A stretch of DNA of 64,000 nucleotides from Patescibacteria group bacterium (GCA_038062835.1 JBBTWH010000003.1:2666-66665), one strand, 5' to 3'; positions 1-10,123 are shown, counted from the stretch's first letter. A program made the numbers and translations. The notes: generated from the sequence alone by a model not told the origin.

Positions 1-481
1 CGCGCATGGCGTAGCGGTCGAGTTCCGTCCTCGCGCTCGCCAAGCGGCCGAGCGGCGTACGGCGGTAGATGGGGATCCAAGGCGTCGGGAAGCGGTGGAC
101 GGATTCCTGTCTCGTGCCGTCGGGGTGCGTGAGCTTCGGCGCGAGCACGCCGACGTCGGGATGCGCATCCATGTACGCCGCCATCGCCTCAAGCGAGCCG
201 ATCTCGAGCATCGTGTCCGGGTTCAGCACGAAGACGTAGCGGCCCTTGGCCTTGCGCATGGCGATGTTGTTGCCCGCGGCGAAACCGACGTTCTTCGGCA
301 GCGCGAAAAGACGCGCTTCGGGGAAGCTTTCGCGGATGAGCGTCGGCAATCCGTCGCCGGAGGCGTTGTCGACGACCAGCACCTCGTAGTCGAGGAGCGG
401 CGCGGCGCGGCGGATGGATTTCAGGCACTGCTTCACGAGCCCGCGCGTCCGGTAATTGACGATGATGATGGAGATATCCAT
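1..481 (-). CDS. Glycosyltransferase family 2 (partial, runs off window start)
   Basis: Not in the ORF track. Manual translation from ATG at 481 gives MDISIIIVNYRTRGLVKQCLKSI...VLVVDNASGDG...NVGFAAGNN...VFVLNPD, a GT2 signature. Confidence 0.9.
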   Translation of the reverse strand, partial: MDISIIIVNYRTRGLVKQCLKSIRRAAPLLDYEVLVVDNASGDGLPTLIRESFPEARLFALPKNVGFAAGNNIAMRKAKGRYVFVLNPDTMLEIGSLEAMAAYMDAHPDVGVLAPKLTHPDGTRQESVHRFPTPWIPIYRRTPLGRLASARTELDRYAMR

Positions 482-482
482 A

Positions 483-1538
483 TCAGGCGAACCATTTCCG
501 GATCTCCTTCGGCGAGACCTTGCGCGCCTTCATGATGACGCGGCGCTTCTTCCACATCTTCGGCGCCAGCGCAAGCGCCTCCCAGTACGCGGCGAGCGCG
601 CGGGGCGAAAACAGGAGCGTCGAGAGGAGCTTGCCGATCTCATGCGGGACGATCCAGAGCGCGTGCAGGCAGCGGCTCGACCAGTCGTCGTCCTTGGCGA
701 GCATCAGCAGATGATTGCGCGTCGACAGGCGGTTCACCATCGCCGAGCGTCCGAGGCGGCGCCGGAACATCTCGACGAGTCCGGCCTTCTCGGCGCCGCC
801 CGTGCCGCGGTAATGGTACGCCACGGCCTGCGGCACGTAGGCCGCCTTCCAGCCGAGCAGGCGCAGGCGCCAAGCGACGTCGACATCCTCCTTGTAGGCG
901 AAGAAATCCGCGTCGAAGACCTCGCCAGAGACTTCGCGCAGCATGTCGATGGCTTCCGCGCGGTAGAGCGCGAGCGCGCCCGAGACGCCGAAGACTTCCG
1001 CCGGTTCGGCGTAGGCCGAGGAATCCCTCTCCCCGGCCCCGCGGTCGGCGACGCGGCGGCTCCGCTTCATGACGAGGCCCGCGGAATCGAGGACGTCGGT
1101 GAACTCGGGGTCGCCGCCTTCGACGCGGCTCCGCCGTACGCGCAGCAGCTTGCCGCAGGCGCTGCCGACCTCGTAGCGTCCGTCGACGCCGCGCGCGATC
1201 TTCTCGAGGAAGTCCGGCGTCAGGATGACGTCGGGATTCATCACGAGGACGTAGCGGTCGATGGAACTGCGGCCCTTCTTGTCGTCGTCGGCCCAGCGGT
1301 TGCGCGCCAGCTCGATGGCCTGGTCATGCGCCGCGCTGAAGCCGAGGTTCTTGAAGTTCCGAAGGACCGTCGCTTCCGGCAATCGGCCGCGCACGACGTC
1401 GACCGAACCGTCGGTCGAGGCGTTGTCGACGACGGTCAGCGTGAAGTCCTTGAGCGTCTGCGCGCGCAGCGATTCGACCGCGTCGCCGAGGACGCGGGCG
1501 CTGTTCCAGCTCACGACATGGATGGAGAATTTCGCCAT
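483..1538 (-). CDS. Glycosyltransferase family 2
   Basis: VVSWNS, VVDNASTDGS, NLGFS, LVMNPD and FFAYKEDVD motifs. Confidence 0.92.
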   Translation of the reverse strand: MAKFSIHVVSWNSARVLGDAVESLRAQTLKDFTLTVVDNASTDGSVDVVRGRLPEATVLRNFKNLGFSAAHDQAIELARNRWADDDKKGRSSIDRYVLVMNPDVILTPDFLEKIARGVDGRYEVGSACGKLLRVRRSRVEGGDPEFTDVLDSAGLVMKRSRRVADRGAGERDSSAYAEPAEVFGVSGALALYRAEAIDMLREVSGEVFDADFFAYKEDVDVAWRLRLLGWKAAYVPQAVAYHYRGTGGAEKAGLVEMFRRRLGRSAMVNRLSTRNHLLMLAKDDDWSSRCLHALWIVPHEIGKLLSTLLFSPRALAAYWEALALAPKMWKKRRVIMKARKVSPKEIRKWFA

Positions 1539-1541
1539 ACC

Positions 1542-3083
1542 CTACGTTCGGCTTTTGACCTCTTGTTTTTGACTTACGTGTTTCGGCGTCACCCAGAAGC
1601 CGAGGCGCTTGCCGAGCAGGAGGCGCGTCTGCGCCTCGATGGCCGGGACCGAGCCGAAGATGATGAAGGTGAACGGCAGGAGCATCCATTGCAGGAGCAT
1701 CACGGCGTGCAGCCAGGAGCGCTTATGCGCAGGGCGAGCAGGCAGGAGCGGCAAGGACAGCACCGCCGAGACGAAGACGCCGAGCATGGCGAAGGACATG
1801 ATCCATTGCAGCGTGAACGGCGCGTTCTGGAAGACGGCCTCCGAACGCCCGGTCGTATCGGCGATGAAGAGCGGCAGCCAGCCGAGGATGAAGATGAGGA
1901 CCGGCGCGGTCGCCCAAGTATACATGCCCTCGCTCAGGTTCCAGAGCGTCGATCGGCGCTTGGCGGCGGGAATCTTCCGGTTGGCGCGGAAGTTCAGGAC
2001 CAGATACGGGAAATGCTCGACGCCCCAGGCCCAGCGGCGCTGCTGCTTGTAGAGGTTCATCAGGCTGCCGAGCCAGGTCGGCGCCATGACGGCGTCCATC
2101 GAGACGGGCACGTACAGCGGCACGACGCGGTAGTCGCCATCGTATTTCAGGAAGCATTGCAGGAAGATGCGCGAATCCTCGGAGACGACGTCGCGCTGCC
2201 AGAAGCCGACGTCCACGAGCGCCTTGAACGGCATGCTGTGCGACGAGAAGGTGAAGAGCCGGTCCGGGCGGACGAGCTCGGAGAGCAGCCAGAAGGTGGT
2301 GCCGAAGGCCGCGATGCGCACGATGGCCGGCGCGTCCCAGATGTTGTTGGAATAGAGCACGACCGGCTGGTACGAACAGCGCAGGCGGTCCGGCGTCTCC
2401 AGGTACGTCTTGGCCAGGTGCGCGAAATACTGCGGATGCGCGATGGTGTCGACGTCGAAGGTCGAGACGATGACGTCCTCGTACGGGATGCCGAGCTCGT
2501 CGACCGTCTTCCGCGCGATCGGACCGGCATGATGCAAGTTCGAACCCTTGCCGGCGATCTCGCCGACGATGTCCGAAGGATGCGCGGATACGACGAAGCG
2601 GAGGAAACGTTCGCCGAACTCGCGGCGGATCGTCTCGGCGCGCTCCAGGAAGGCCTCGCGGCCGGCGCGCTCCTCGCCCGCCAGCACGACGATGATCGTC
2701 TTGGGGTCCGCCTTGGCCGCGACGAGGCTGCGGAAAGTGGCGCGCAAGATCTCGATGTCTTCCTTGTACGTCGGCAGGAAGATGAGGTGGCGCAGCTTGG
2801 CGGCGCCGGGCGCGTCCTTCAGCGAAGATTCCCAGTCGACGTCGAGCGCGCCGCGATGGCGCCGCCAGGCCGTCGTCAGGAAGATGACGAAGTACAGTAC
2901 GCGCAGGAACCAATAGAGGTCGAAGGCGATGATGAGATAGACCGCCGCCATCGGGTTCAGGACCGACAAGACGACCGCGCCGGCGAGCGTGACCCAGACG
3001 AGCGCCGCCGGGACGTGTTCCAGGCGGCGGTGCAGCTTCCGCTGAGCGGGCGTGTAGTCGGAGGGCGTCAGCGCGCGATCCAT
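1542..3083 (-). CDS. Membrane-embedded GT2 glycosyltransferase
   Basis: N- and C-terminal TM helices; LPTYKE, GKGSN, DVD, SED and QQRRW (QxxRW) motifs. Confidence 0.88.
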   Translation of the reverse strand: MDRALTPSDYTPAQRKLHRRLEHVPAALVWVTLAGAVVLSVLNPMAAVYLIIAFDLYWFLRVLYFVIFLTTAWRRHRGALDVDWESSLKDAPGAAKLRHLIFLPTYKEDIEILRATFRSLVAAKADPKTIIVVLAGEERAGREAFLERAETIRREFGERFLRFVVSAHPSDIVGEIAGKGSNLHHAGPIARKTVDELGIPYEDVIVSTFDVDTIAHPQYFAHLAKTYLETPDRLRCSYQPVVLYSNNIWDAPAIVRIAAFGTTFWLLSELVRPDRLFTFSSHSMPFKALVDVGFWQRDVVSEDSRIFLQCFLKYDGDYRVVPLYVPVSMDAVMAPTWLGSLMNLYKQQRRWAWGVEHFPYLVLNFRANRKIPAAKRRSTLWNLSEGMYTWATAPVLIFILGWLPLFIADTTGRSEAVFQNAPFTLQWIMSFAMLGVFVSAVLSLPLLPARPAHKRSWLHAVMLLQWMLLPFTFIIFGSVPAIEAQTRLLLGKRLGFWVTPKHVSQKQEVKSRT

Positions 3084-3469
3084 GTCTTTTTCTTCTTGCT
3101 GATCGTGATGTTGGGCTCTCCGGCGTAGATCGGCGCCACGGTGCCGCGCGGCGCGAACGAGGAGGACGGGATCGCCGCCGCTTCTTCAGGCTTCATTTCG
3201 CCGACCGCGGCGATATCGGCGCCGAGGGAGCGCGCGAGCGCGGTCGCGACCGCCACGCGGCGGCGCACGTTCGAGAAGCCTCCCGGCCCGCGGTCGACGG
3301 CGAGCTCGCGGATGACGGACGTATCGGACTTGGCGGACTTCAGGGCGCGCTCAAGGAGCGCGAGAAGATCGTCGGTCCCGCCGCCTTCGACGCATGACAG
3401 CACCCTTCCGTCTCGCGAAAGAGAAACCGAGACTCCCCCTTCGGCGATGGCGCCGAAGTACACCCTCAT
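3068..3469 (-). CDS. tsaB: Truncated TsaB/YeaZ-like t6A biosynthesis protein
   Basis: AVDRGPGGFSNVR resembles GPGSFTGLR; C-terminal PIYAGEPNIT; short single-lobe form. Confidence 0.65.
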   Translation of the reverse strand: MRVYFGAIAEGGVSVSLSRDGRVLSCVEGGGTDDLLALLERALKSAKSDTSVIRELAVDRGPGGFSNVRRRVAVATALARSLGADIAAVGEMKPEEAAAIPSSSFAPRGTVAPIYAGEPNITISKKKKTWIAR

Positions 3470-4068
3470 ACCGCAGCAGCTTCGGGAGCGGCGGAGTGGA
3501 AGAACTCGTCGATGAAGACGAGCTTCGGCTGATCGAGCACGCCGTAGAGGAAGCGGTCCATGACGTCCATCCGGTAGCGCATCTCATCCTCGTCCAGCAC
3601 GGTGAAGTTGATCTCGTGTCCGAACTCGATCTCGAACTTGCGTATGAGGTCCGTGAGTTTCTTGCGGTCGACGCGGCCGACGATGAAGACATCGGTCAGC
3701 GATTCGCCGCGATCCATGAAGCGCCCCGTCAACGCGAAATATCCGATGCGGCCGACGGACTGCAGTTTCTTCACGAAATCCTTCTCGAGGAGGACGCGCG
3801 ATTTCACGAAGAGCGCGCGGAGTTCGGGGATAAGCACCGAGTTGGGCTTGAGGCGGTAATGCTTCTTCTGGACGGATTTCGGCGCCGACACTCCGACGAT
3901 CTCGACCAGTCCCAGAGCTTCGAGATTCTTGAGCTCGTGGCGGATGGCGTTGATCTGGACGTCGAGGCGGCGGGTCAGTTCCCGGACGAAAAAACTCGTC
4001 TCCGGGTTCTGGAGGAACGTCCGTAGAAGCTGGGTCCTGGTCTTTGAACCAAAGAGTTGTTCAAGCAT
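3466..4068 (-). CDS. Winged-helix regulator with nucleotidyltransferase-like C-terminal domain
   Basis: Start reassigned to MLEQLFGSKTRTQLL; FVRELTRRLDVQINAIRHELKNL HTH; TDVFIVG. Confidence 0.75.
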   Translation of the reverse strand: MLEQLFGSKTRTQLLRTFLQNPETSFFVRELTRRLDVQINAIRHELKNLEALGLVEIVGVSAPKSVQKKHYRLKPNSVLIPELRALFVKSRVLLEKDFVKKLQSVGRIGYFALTGRFMDRGESLTDVFIVGRVDRKKLTDLIRKFEIEFGHEINFTVLDEDEMRYRMDVMDRFLYGVLDQPKLVFIDEFFHSAAPEAAAV

Positions 4069-4090
4069 GGTTGGCCTCTGAACTCCGCCT

Positions 4091-4100
4091 ATTGTATACT
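4091..4100. promoter_or_regulatory. Bidirectional promoter with overlapping -10 boxes
   Basis: ATTGTATACT reads TATACT on + and TACAAT on -, sharing the TA at 4095-4096, between divergent genes. Confidence 0.6.
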
Positions 4101-4120
4101 GAAGACGCAGACAGGTCAAA

Positions 4121-6217
4121 ATGGCGCCCATAAGCATAGGAGAAATCCACGTTCCGGGGGGTGCCGGGCTCGCCTCGGCACGTACGCTGACCCTCACTTC
4201 GACGCCGTCCGACGACGGCTGTCTGGAGCTGTTTTTCGGAATGTTCGCCGCCGAGACTCCTAAGCGCGTGCTCGAGAAGCTTTGCGACAGGCTCTCCGAT
4301 GAGTTCAGGCCGATCTTCTTCCGGCCCGGCGATCCCGAAACGCGTTTCGAGGCGGCCCTGAAACAGGCCAACAAGACCGTCCTGGCCTTCTTGTATGAGC
4401 ACGGACTTTCCCTGCCCGGCATCAAGCTCCGCGGCGCGGTCGCCGCGCTCGTCGACGGGAAACTCTATGCGGCTTCGCGCGGCGCCGTCCGCGGCACGCT
4501 CTACGTCCCGGGCGGCGCAGGTCTCGCCCCCTATGCGCTCTTAGACGACGCGGGCGAGAAGGCCGGCGAGCCGAAGTTCTTCACGTCTCTCCAGGCAGGC
4601 GCCTTCCCTGACGGCGCGCGCCTTGTCCTTGCCACGTCGGAACTGTTCCAGGCGCTCGACGACGGCTTCGTCGACGTCACGCTCGGCCAGGCGGACTTCG
4701 CCAAGGCCTCCCGCGAGATCAAGCACGCGCTGCGCGCGGGACGCTACCCGGTCTCCATCCTCTCGCTTTCTTCGCCGACGCCGGTCGGGGCCTTCTCGAC
4801 ATCGCCCGCCGAAGCCGTGCCGAAGTCCCTGCGCGCCGCAAAGGCGCCCGCCGCGCGGATAGCGCCCGCCCCGATCGTCGGGCCCGACATCGGCGAACTC
4901 GCGGCGCGCGGACTGCGCGCCGCCCTGCTCTTCGCGGGAAGCGCCCTCGCCGCCGTCTTCGGGTGGCTCTGGTGCATCCTCCGCGCCGTCGCGCTGGCGC
5001 CGCTGCGCGCTCCGCGCCTCGTCGCCGTCCTCGCGAGCCCGGACGCGCGCGCGAGCCTCGTCGACGCCTGCCGCTCCGCGCCGGACCGCTGCATGGCCGC
5101 GGCCGTCGAGCGCCTGAACGCCCTGCCCGCGCAAAGCCGCAATCACTTCCTCGCCCTCCTGCTCGTCGGCGCCGTCTTCGCGCATGGCCTGCTCTTCTCC
5201 GTCCGGCACGACCTCTCGCTCCGCGACGCGAAGGCGTACGAGGCATCGCTCGCCGAACTTCAAAGCCTCGAAGGCGATTTCGAGGCCGGCATCATCTATG
5301 ATGACGAAGGCCGCGGGCGCGAGCTGCTCGCGCGCATGGAGGCTATCGCTGCGGCGCTCCCAGCCGAGACATCGTCTCAGAAACTGGTGAAGGAAGAAGC
5401 GGACGCCGCTATCGTCCGCGCTCGGGAGAAGCTCCGCCGCGTCGTCACGCTCGATAATCCGGCGGTCTTCTCGAAAATCGAAGGCGCCGCCGCAGCGGAT
5501 CATTCGGCGATGGCGTGGTTCGACGGGAAGCTTTACGTCTTCTCGTCGACGAGCGGCCGCGTGCGCGTCATCTCTTCCGAAGGCGCGGCTGCGGCCGATC
5601 CGGACGTCGCGGCGCTCGGCTCAGGCGTGGCGTACGCGGCGGCGGCGCGTACCGGCTTGATCCTGAAGGATGACTCCGGCAAGACGGTCTACTGGAACCC
5701 GGAGACGAACGAGACGGTCGAATATCCCGATGCGGGCCTAGGCGCCTCGCCGATCCTCTTCTATCAAGCCCGACTCTACTCGGCGGCTTCAGACGGTACC
5801 GTCACGCGCCGTTCCGTCGCGGCTTCCAGCCTCGGCTCGTCCTCCGACGTCCTGCGCGGCGCTCCAGCAGACGCGACAAGCATAGCGACCGACGGCGCGG
5901 TTTACCTGTTATATAAGGACGGTTCGACTCGCAAATACATGAAAGGCGCCGTCGTCGCCGAATACGCCGCGGCCCCGATCGATCCTCCTGCCTTGGCCGC
6001 CGGACAGCTTTGGGCATCGGCCGATTCCGACAAGCTGTTCTTCATCGACGAGGACGGCGGCCGCGCCTTCACCGTCGACAAGGCCAGCGGCCGCCTGCTT
6101 GCCCAGATGACCTCACCGAAATTCCAAGGCCTCCTGGCCGGCACGCCCGACGAGAAAGGCCGCACGTTCTACCTCCTGGCCGGCGACGGCACGATCTACG
6201 CGGTGCCGATCAAATGA
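4121..6217 (+). CDS. Hypothetical membrane protein (PP2C-like N-terminus, TM segment, beta-propeller-like C-terminus)
   Basis: Long ORF; FEAALKQANK...LVLATSELF resembles a degenerate PP2C fold; SIATDGAVYLL beta-rich C-terminus. Confidence 0.6.
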   Translation: MAPISIGEIHVPGGAGLASARTLTLTSTPSDDGCLELFFGMFAAETPKRVLEKLCDRLSDEFRPIFFRPGDPETRFEAALKQANKTVLAFLYEHGLSLPGIKLRGAVAALVDGKLYAASRGAVRGTLYVPGGAGLAPYALLDDAGEKAGEPKFFTSLQAGAFPDGARLVLATSELFQALDDGFVDVTLGQADFAKASREIKHALRAGRYPVSILSLSSPTPVGAFSTSPAEAVPKSLRAAKAPAARIAPAPIVGPDIGELAARGLRAALLFAGSALAAVFGWLWCILRAVALAPLRAPRLVAVLASPDARASLVDACRSAPDRCMAAAVERLNALPAQSRNHFLALLLVGAVFAHGLLFSVRHDLSLRDAKAYEASLAELQSLEGDFEAGIIYDDEGRGRELLARMEAIAAALPAETSSQKLVKEEADAAIVRAREKLRRVVTLDNPAVFSKIEGAAAADHSAMAWFDGKLYVFSSTSGRVRVISSEGAAAADPDVAALGSGVAYAAAARTGLILKDDSGKTVYWNPETNETVEYPDAGLGASPILFYQARLYSAASDGTVTRRSVAASSLGSSSDVLRGAPADATSIATDGAVYLLYKDGSTRKYMKGAVVAEYAAAPIDPPALAAGQLWASADSDKLFFIDEDGGRAFTVDKASGRLLAQMTSPKFQGLLAGTPDEKGRTFYLLAGDGTIYAVPIK

Positions 6218-6255
6218 CGAGCCGGCAAATCAAATGACCTAGCATTGCCGGCGAA

Positions 6256-6282
6256 GTCACCCCGATGAAAATCGGAGTCTAG
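6256..6282 (+). repeat. REP-like palindrome, family B (GTCA-stem-TC(C/T)AG)
   Basis: gtcaccccgatgaaaatcggagtctag; related copies at 6985, 8013 and 31208. Confidence 0.5.
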
Positions 6283-6297
6283 ATCACTCATACGTAG

Positions 6298-6328
6298 AAA
6301 AAAGGACCGACCCGAGAGGGCCGGTCTT
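6298..6328 (-). terminator. Intrinsic terminator
   Basis: GC hairpin with an A-tract on + (U-tract on -) directly after the stop at 6327. Confidence 0.6.
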
Positions 6329-6842
6329 ATTCGAACCTGACGAAGCGCTGCAAAGTCCCGATCTTGAGGATCGACGCGCGCATGATCGCGTGCCTCCTGT
6401 AGTTCTCGGGAGTCGCCTGCGGAGTCGACGAGGTGAGGCGTAGGCCAAGGGCGCTCTCGGCACTGCCGCTCCAGCGGTTGAAACGGATCGTCTCGCCTTC
6501 CGGGTCGTACGTGCCGTCAGGAGCGAGTCGACGGGCCGCTACTCGCTCCGCGTATGCCTCGTATTTCTCATCACATTCGAAGATGCCGCCATAGCCGTAG
6601 AGCCGCCGCTCCGTCCAGGAGATGTGATCGCTGTCGCTGCGACATGATTCCTCCACGACGAACGCCGCGGTTGCCCGGACGGCGTCGCGTGCCGATTCCT
6701 CGTGCGCATTGAGCTTCAGTCCGTCGTCGTCCGTCACCCAGACGGGGCGGTTCGCCTCGTCCTTGCGGCGCCAGCCGTTCTCGAAGGCGGCGCAGGTGAT
6801 GACGTCGCCGATCTTCGGGATACCGATGCGTTCTTCTGACAT
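6327..6842 (-). CDS. Hypothetical protein
   Basis: Strong SD AGGAGG before ATG 6842 (MSEERIGIPKIGDV); own terminator. Confidence 0.65.
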   Translation of the reverse strand: MSEERIGIPKIGDVITCAAFENGWRRKDEANRPVWVTDDDGLKLNAHEESARDAVRATAAFVVEESCRSDSDHISWTERRLYGYGGIFECDEKYEAYAERVAARRLAPDGTYDPEGETIRFNRWSGSAESALGLRLTSSTPQATPENYRRHAIMRASILKIGTLQRFVRFE

Positions 6843-6943
6843 GGTTCCTCCTGCGCCCAGTTCTCCATATTCCGAAGTCCTCGTCAAGACCCTCAAAACC
6901 CCTCGCGGGCAAAAGTATCCGGTCGCGCATTTTTGCACGCATC

Positions 6944-6972
6944 AAAAAATCCACCGTGCAGCGGTGGATTTT
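6944..6972 (-). terminator. rplJL terminator
   Basis: aaaaaatccaccg-tgcag-cggtggatttt hairpin. Confidence 0.75.
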
Positions 6973-6984
6973 CGTTCCTGGGGT

Positions 6985-7011
6985 CTGGATCCCGGCATTC
7001 GCCGGGATGAC
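6985..7011 (-). repeat. REP-like palindrome, family B
   Basis: Reverse complement is gtcatcccggcgaatgccgggatccag. Confidence 0.6.
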
Positions 7012-7031
7012 CTTGAAATAACGCGACAGCG

Positions 7032-7433
7032 TTATTTCAAGGTCACCTTCGCGCCGGCCTCTTCGAGGGTCTTCTTGGCGGCTTCGGCTTCCTCCTTGGA
7101 GACGCCTTCCTTGACGACCTTCGGGGCGCCGTCGGCCAGGTCCTTGGCTTCCTTGAGGCCGAGGCTGGTGAGCGCGCGGATGGCCTTGATGACGCCGATC
7201 TTGTTGGCGCCGGAGTCCGTCAGCTCGACGGTGAAGGAGGTCTGCTCTTCGGCGGCGGCAGCGCCGGCGGCCGGGGCGGCGGCCATGGCCATCATCGGAG
7301 CGGCGGCGGAGACGCCGAACTTCTCTTCGAGGACCTTGACGAGCTCAGCGAGGTCGAGGACGGACAGCTTTTCGATGGACGAGACCAGGGAAGCGAACTT
7401 CTCCGGCACGACCACGTCTTTCATGTCAGACAT
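7032..7433 (-). CDS. rplL: 50S ribosomal protein L7/L12
   Basis: [15 protein letters not shown]; [22 protein letters not shown]. Confidence 0.99.
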   Translation of the reverse strand: MSDMKDVVVPEKFASLVSSIEKLSVLDLAELVKVLEEKFGVSAAAPMMAMAAAPAAGAAAAEEQTSFTVELTDSGANKIGVIKAIRALTSLGLKEAKDLADGAPKVVKEGVSKEEAEAAKKTLEEAGAKVTLK

Positions 7434-7455
7434 AGTATCGGTTGAATGTTTTTTC

Positions 7456-7986
7456 TTAAGCGGCGGCCTTCGAATCCTTGATCGCGTTCATGACGTTCAC
7501 GAGACCGCGGAGATTGCCGGCCAGGACGTTGACGAAGCCGGAGACCGGAGCGTTGAGGGTGCCGACCAGCTTGGCCAGGAGTTCCTGCTTGCTCGGGAGC
7601 TTCGAGAGCGCCTTGATGGCGGCGGCGTCGACAAGCTTGCGCTCGAGCACGCCGGCGACGATCTTGAGCGCTTCGTGCTCCTTGTAAAACTCAGCGGCGA
7701 GCTTGGCGGGAGCGACCTCGTCGGACATGCCGGTGATCATCACCAGCGCTCCTTCGAGCTTGGCCGGGTCGACGTTCTCATAACCGGCCTTGGAAAAGGC
7801 GAGGCGCATGAGAGTCTTCTTCGCGACGAGGACGCGGACATCCTCCTTGCGGGCCTTGTTGCGGAACTCGGTGGCTTCCTTGACGGTCAGCCCGCGGAAA
7901 TCCGCGAACACGACCGACTTGGCGCCCTCGAGCTGACCCGTGAGATCCGCGAGGGTCAGTTCTTTCTGTTGTTTGGACTTTGCCAT
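7456..7986 (-). CDS. rplJ: 50S ribosomal protein L10
   Basis: ADFRGLTV; VAKKTL; [21 protein letters not shown]. Confidence 0.99.
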   Translation of the reverse strand: MAKSKQQKELTLADLTGQLEGAKSVVFADFRGLTVKEATEFRNKARKEDVRVLVAKKTLMRLAFSKAGYENVDPAKLEGALVMITGMSDEVAPAKLAAEFYKEHEALKIVAGVLERKLVDAAAIKALSKLPSKQELLAKLVGTLNAPVSGFVNVLAGNLRGLVNVMNAIKDSKAAA

Positions 7987-8129
7987 GTGCTGATTGCGTG
8001 TGTCAGGTGGAGTGGATCCCGGATATCGCTGCGCGATTCCGGGACGAACGGCCGGCAGATGACGCTATCGTCATATTGCGCCGTCCGTTCACCACAATGT
8101 TTCGACCTTTTAGTAACAAAATCTGCGTT

Positions 8130-8250
8130 CCTTGTGAGACCGCAGACGCGAGGACGACGGGAAAACCCGCCGTCAGCGTTTGCCTCGATAGGATCGGATC
8201 GGCAGATCCGGTTTAGCGCTCCCAGCCGGGGGCGACCTATAGTCTTCGGT
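8130..8250 (-). ncRNA. L10 leader autogenous control element
   Basis: Minus strand ACCGAAGACTATAGG...TAAA...CCTATCGAGG matches the L10-leader core; upstream of rplJ. Confidence 0.75.
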
Positions 8251-8335
8251 AAACGAGAAGTTGTTATCCAGAGGCTACATCAAGGCCCGAAAACCGTCAA
8301 GGCGCGTCGCTCGCGAGCGACGCGCCAAGACGTTC

Positions 8336-8370
8336 AAAGCCCCCGTCCACACCATTGGTGGACGGGGGCT
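8336..8370 (-). terminator. Intrinsic terminator
   Basis: agcccccgtccac-accattg-gtggacgggggct with U-tract on -. Confidence 0.7.
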
Positions 8371-8380
8371 GACAGAGGGC

Positions 8381-8734
8381 CTAGCGGCCGCGGCGCTCGA
8401 GGCGCAGGCGGCTCTTGTGGAGCTCGTGGCTGCGAGACCTCGAACTCCATAGGCGGTTGTTCCGGCGGGTATACGTACCGAGTTCGCCGATGACCGCCAT
8501 CCGGGAGCTCACGCACGCCGACTCCAACTCACCAAGCTCGAAATCTGCATCGGCCGCGTTTGTCAGGCGGGCGACCTGGTTCTGCCATCGCCGCTCAGCC
8601 TCCTCGATGGGCCCATCGATCTGGAGCGCGCGATGGGCGTCCTCCAGGAATTCGATGACGCCATCATCGACTGGGAAACCTGCTTGGACAAGGACCCTGC
8701 CGTCCGGGCTGGCCGTCGCGATCAAGCTCGACAT
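8381..8734 (-). CDS. Hypothetical protein
   Basis: SD AAGGAGG before ATG 8734 (MSSLIATAS); own promoter and terminator. Confidence 0.6.
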   Translation of the reverse strand: MSSLIATASPDGRVLVQAGFPVDDGVIEFLEDAHRALQIDGPIEEAERRWQNQVARLTNAADADFELGELESACVSSRMAVIGELGTYTRRNNRLWSSRSRSHELHKSRLRLERRGR

Positions 8735-8828
8735 AGTTGGTGCCTCCTTACAAAGGTTCGGATTTGCTGGTTTTTGGCCGAAATGGCTCGTCAGGTACGA
8801 CTTGCCATCTGAATATCTTGGTAACGGC

Positions 8829-8857
8829 ATGATAGCACGAAACGACATTTTTGTCAA
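8829..8857 (-). promoter_or_regulatory. Sigma70 promoter
   Basis: TTGACA-17 bp-TATCAT with extended TG. Confidence 0.7.
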
Positions 8858-8879
8858 TAGTAAATGACAAAAAAGCCCC

Positions 8880-9449
8880 CTATGGTTGGGGGCGCTTGGG
8901 CGGGACGAGCTTGAGGCTCTTGGAGATCTTGTCGACCTCGGCGAACGCTTCTGCCTTCATCGAGGCGGGGCTGACGGAAAAGATCAGCACCCAGTAGTCG
9001 GCGGTCGGGTCGCCGAGGTGGCGGATGAGGCACTTGGCGGCCATCTTCACGCCCTTGTCCTCCCCTTCCAGCGTGAAGGAGCCTTCCGAATCCGACGGAT
9101 AGACGGGGTTCGTCACGCCGGTCACGCGGAAGACCATGGGGGCCGAGAGCATCATCATCGCCCAACGGTTCACCTCGTCCTCGACGACCGAGTTGAGCTC
9201 GGCTTCGCGGAAATACAGCGCGATGGCGGCGCCGCGGACGTCCTGGTGCTGGAGGACGATCGGGTCGCCGGCCTTGCGATCGAGCGGCGCCCAGACGCCA
9301 GCCGTGACGAGTACGGCGGCGCGTCCGCCCTCGATGGGCGCGACGACGGCGCGGATGACGGGGCGGTCGGGCTTGGAGACGCCCCTCGGGGCGCCGCCGC
9401 AGCAGGCGAGGACGAGGGCACAGGCGAGCGCGAGCGGGATGGGACGCAT
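8880..9449 (-). CDS. Putative lipoprotein
   Basis: Signal peptide with lipobox LVLAC; SD AGGAGG. Confidence 0.7.
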   Translation of the reverse strand: MRPIPLALACALVLACCGGAPRGVSKPDRPVIRAVVAPIEGGRAAVLVTAGVWAPLDRKAGDPIVLQHQDVRGAAIALYFREAELNSVVEDEVNRWAMMMLSAPMVFRVTGVTNPVYPSDSEGSFTLEGEDKGVKMAAKCLIRHLGDPTADYWVLIFSVSPASMKAEAFAEVDKISKSLKLVPPKRPQP

Positions 9450-9523
9450 CGTGGCCTCCTACGAAAGGTCTGACGCAGGTTTAGCACGCCGACGCCTTCC
9501 GGTCAACGAAAAAGCCCCCGCTC

Positions 9524-10123
9524 TCAGAGGGGGGCGACGCTGTCGAGCATGGACATCGGTCCGGCGATGTTGGCGTCATAGGCGTCCGCCGGCGCGATGA
9601 CCGCATACAAGAGATAGCGCTTCTGGCCGCTGCCGATCTCCTGGACGCCCTGGTATACCTTGATCTTCGTGCCGTCGTCCTTGGATTCCTCGGACGTGAA
9701 TGACCATCTTCCGCTTGGTTCCTGCGCGAGCGCGCCGGTCGCTCCGGCTGGCAGGGAGCCGGCGATGTACTTGTGTAAGGCCTCGGCTATGGCCTTGAGA
9801 TCAAGGTCGTCGCTGCTGACGGGGCGGAGGAAGACCGCGACTGGCACGTGCGGAAGGAAGAGCATGAACTGCATCGAGCCGTCGTCCTGGGGCAGTGGCT
9901 TGCCCTGCCAGCCATTGCCGGGGAGGGTGAGCTTGAAGCCCAGGGCGTTGAACTTGAGGGTCGCGCCATCCTGCTCGACTGCCGGCTTCTCGGCCGTATC
10001 CGGCGTCTTCGCGATCTTCTGATCCTGCTTGAGCGGCGGGTTCGACGTCTTGGGGCCAGACGCGGCGGCGGAGCCGCAGGCGGCCAGGGTGAATGCCAAC
10101 AGGACTGCCAGGATTCTCATCAT
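9524..10123 (-). CDS. Putative lipoprotein (PsbP/DcrB-like fold possible)
   Basis: Lipobox LAAC; LGFKLTLPGNGW; ends MLDSVAP. Confidence 0.7.
   Translation of the reverse strand: MMRILAVLLAFTLAACGSAAASGPKTSNPPLKQDQKIAKTPDTAEKPAVEQDGATLKFNALGFKLTLPGNGWQGKPLPQDDGSMQFMLFLPHVPVAVFLRPVSSDDLDLKAIAEALHKYIAGSLPAGATGALAQEPSGRWSFTSEESKDDGTKIKVYQGVQEIGSGQKRYLLYAVIAPADAYDANIAGPMSMLDSVAPL

Noticed and set aside
8130-8250. Novel structured ncRNA upstream of rplJ
   Set aside because: Explained by the known L10 leader.
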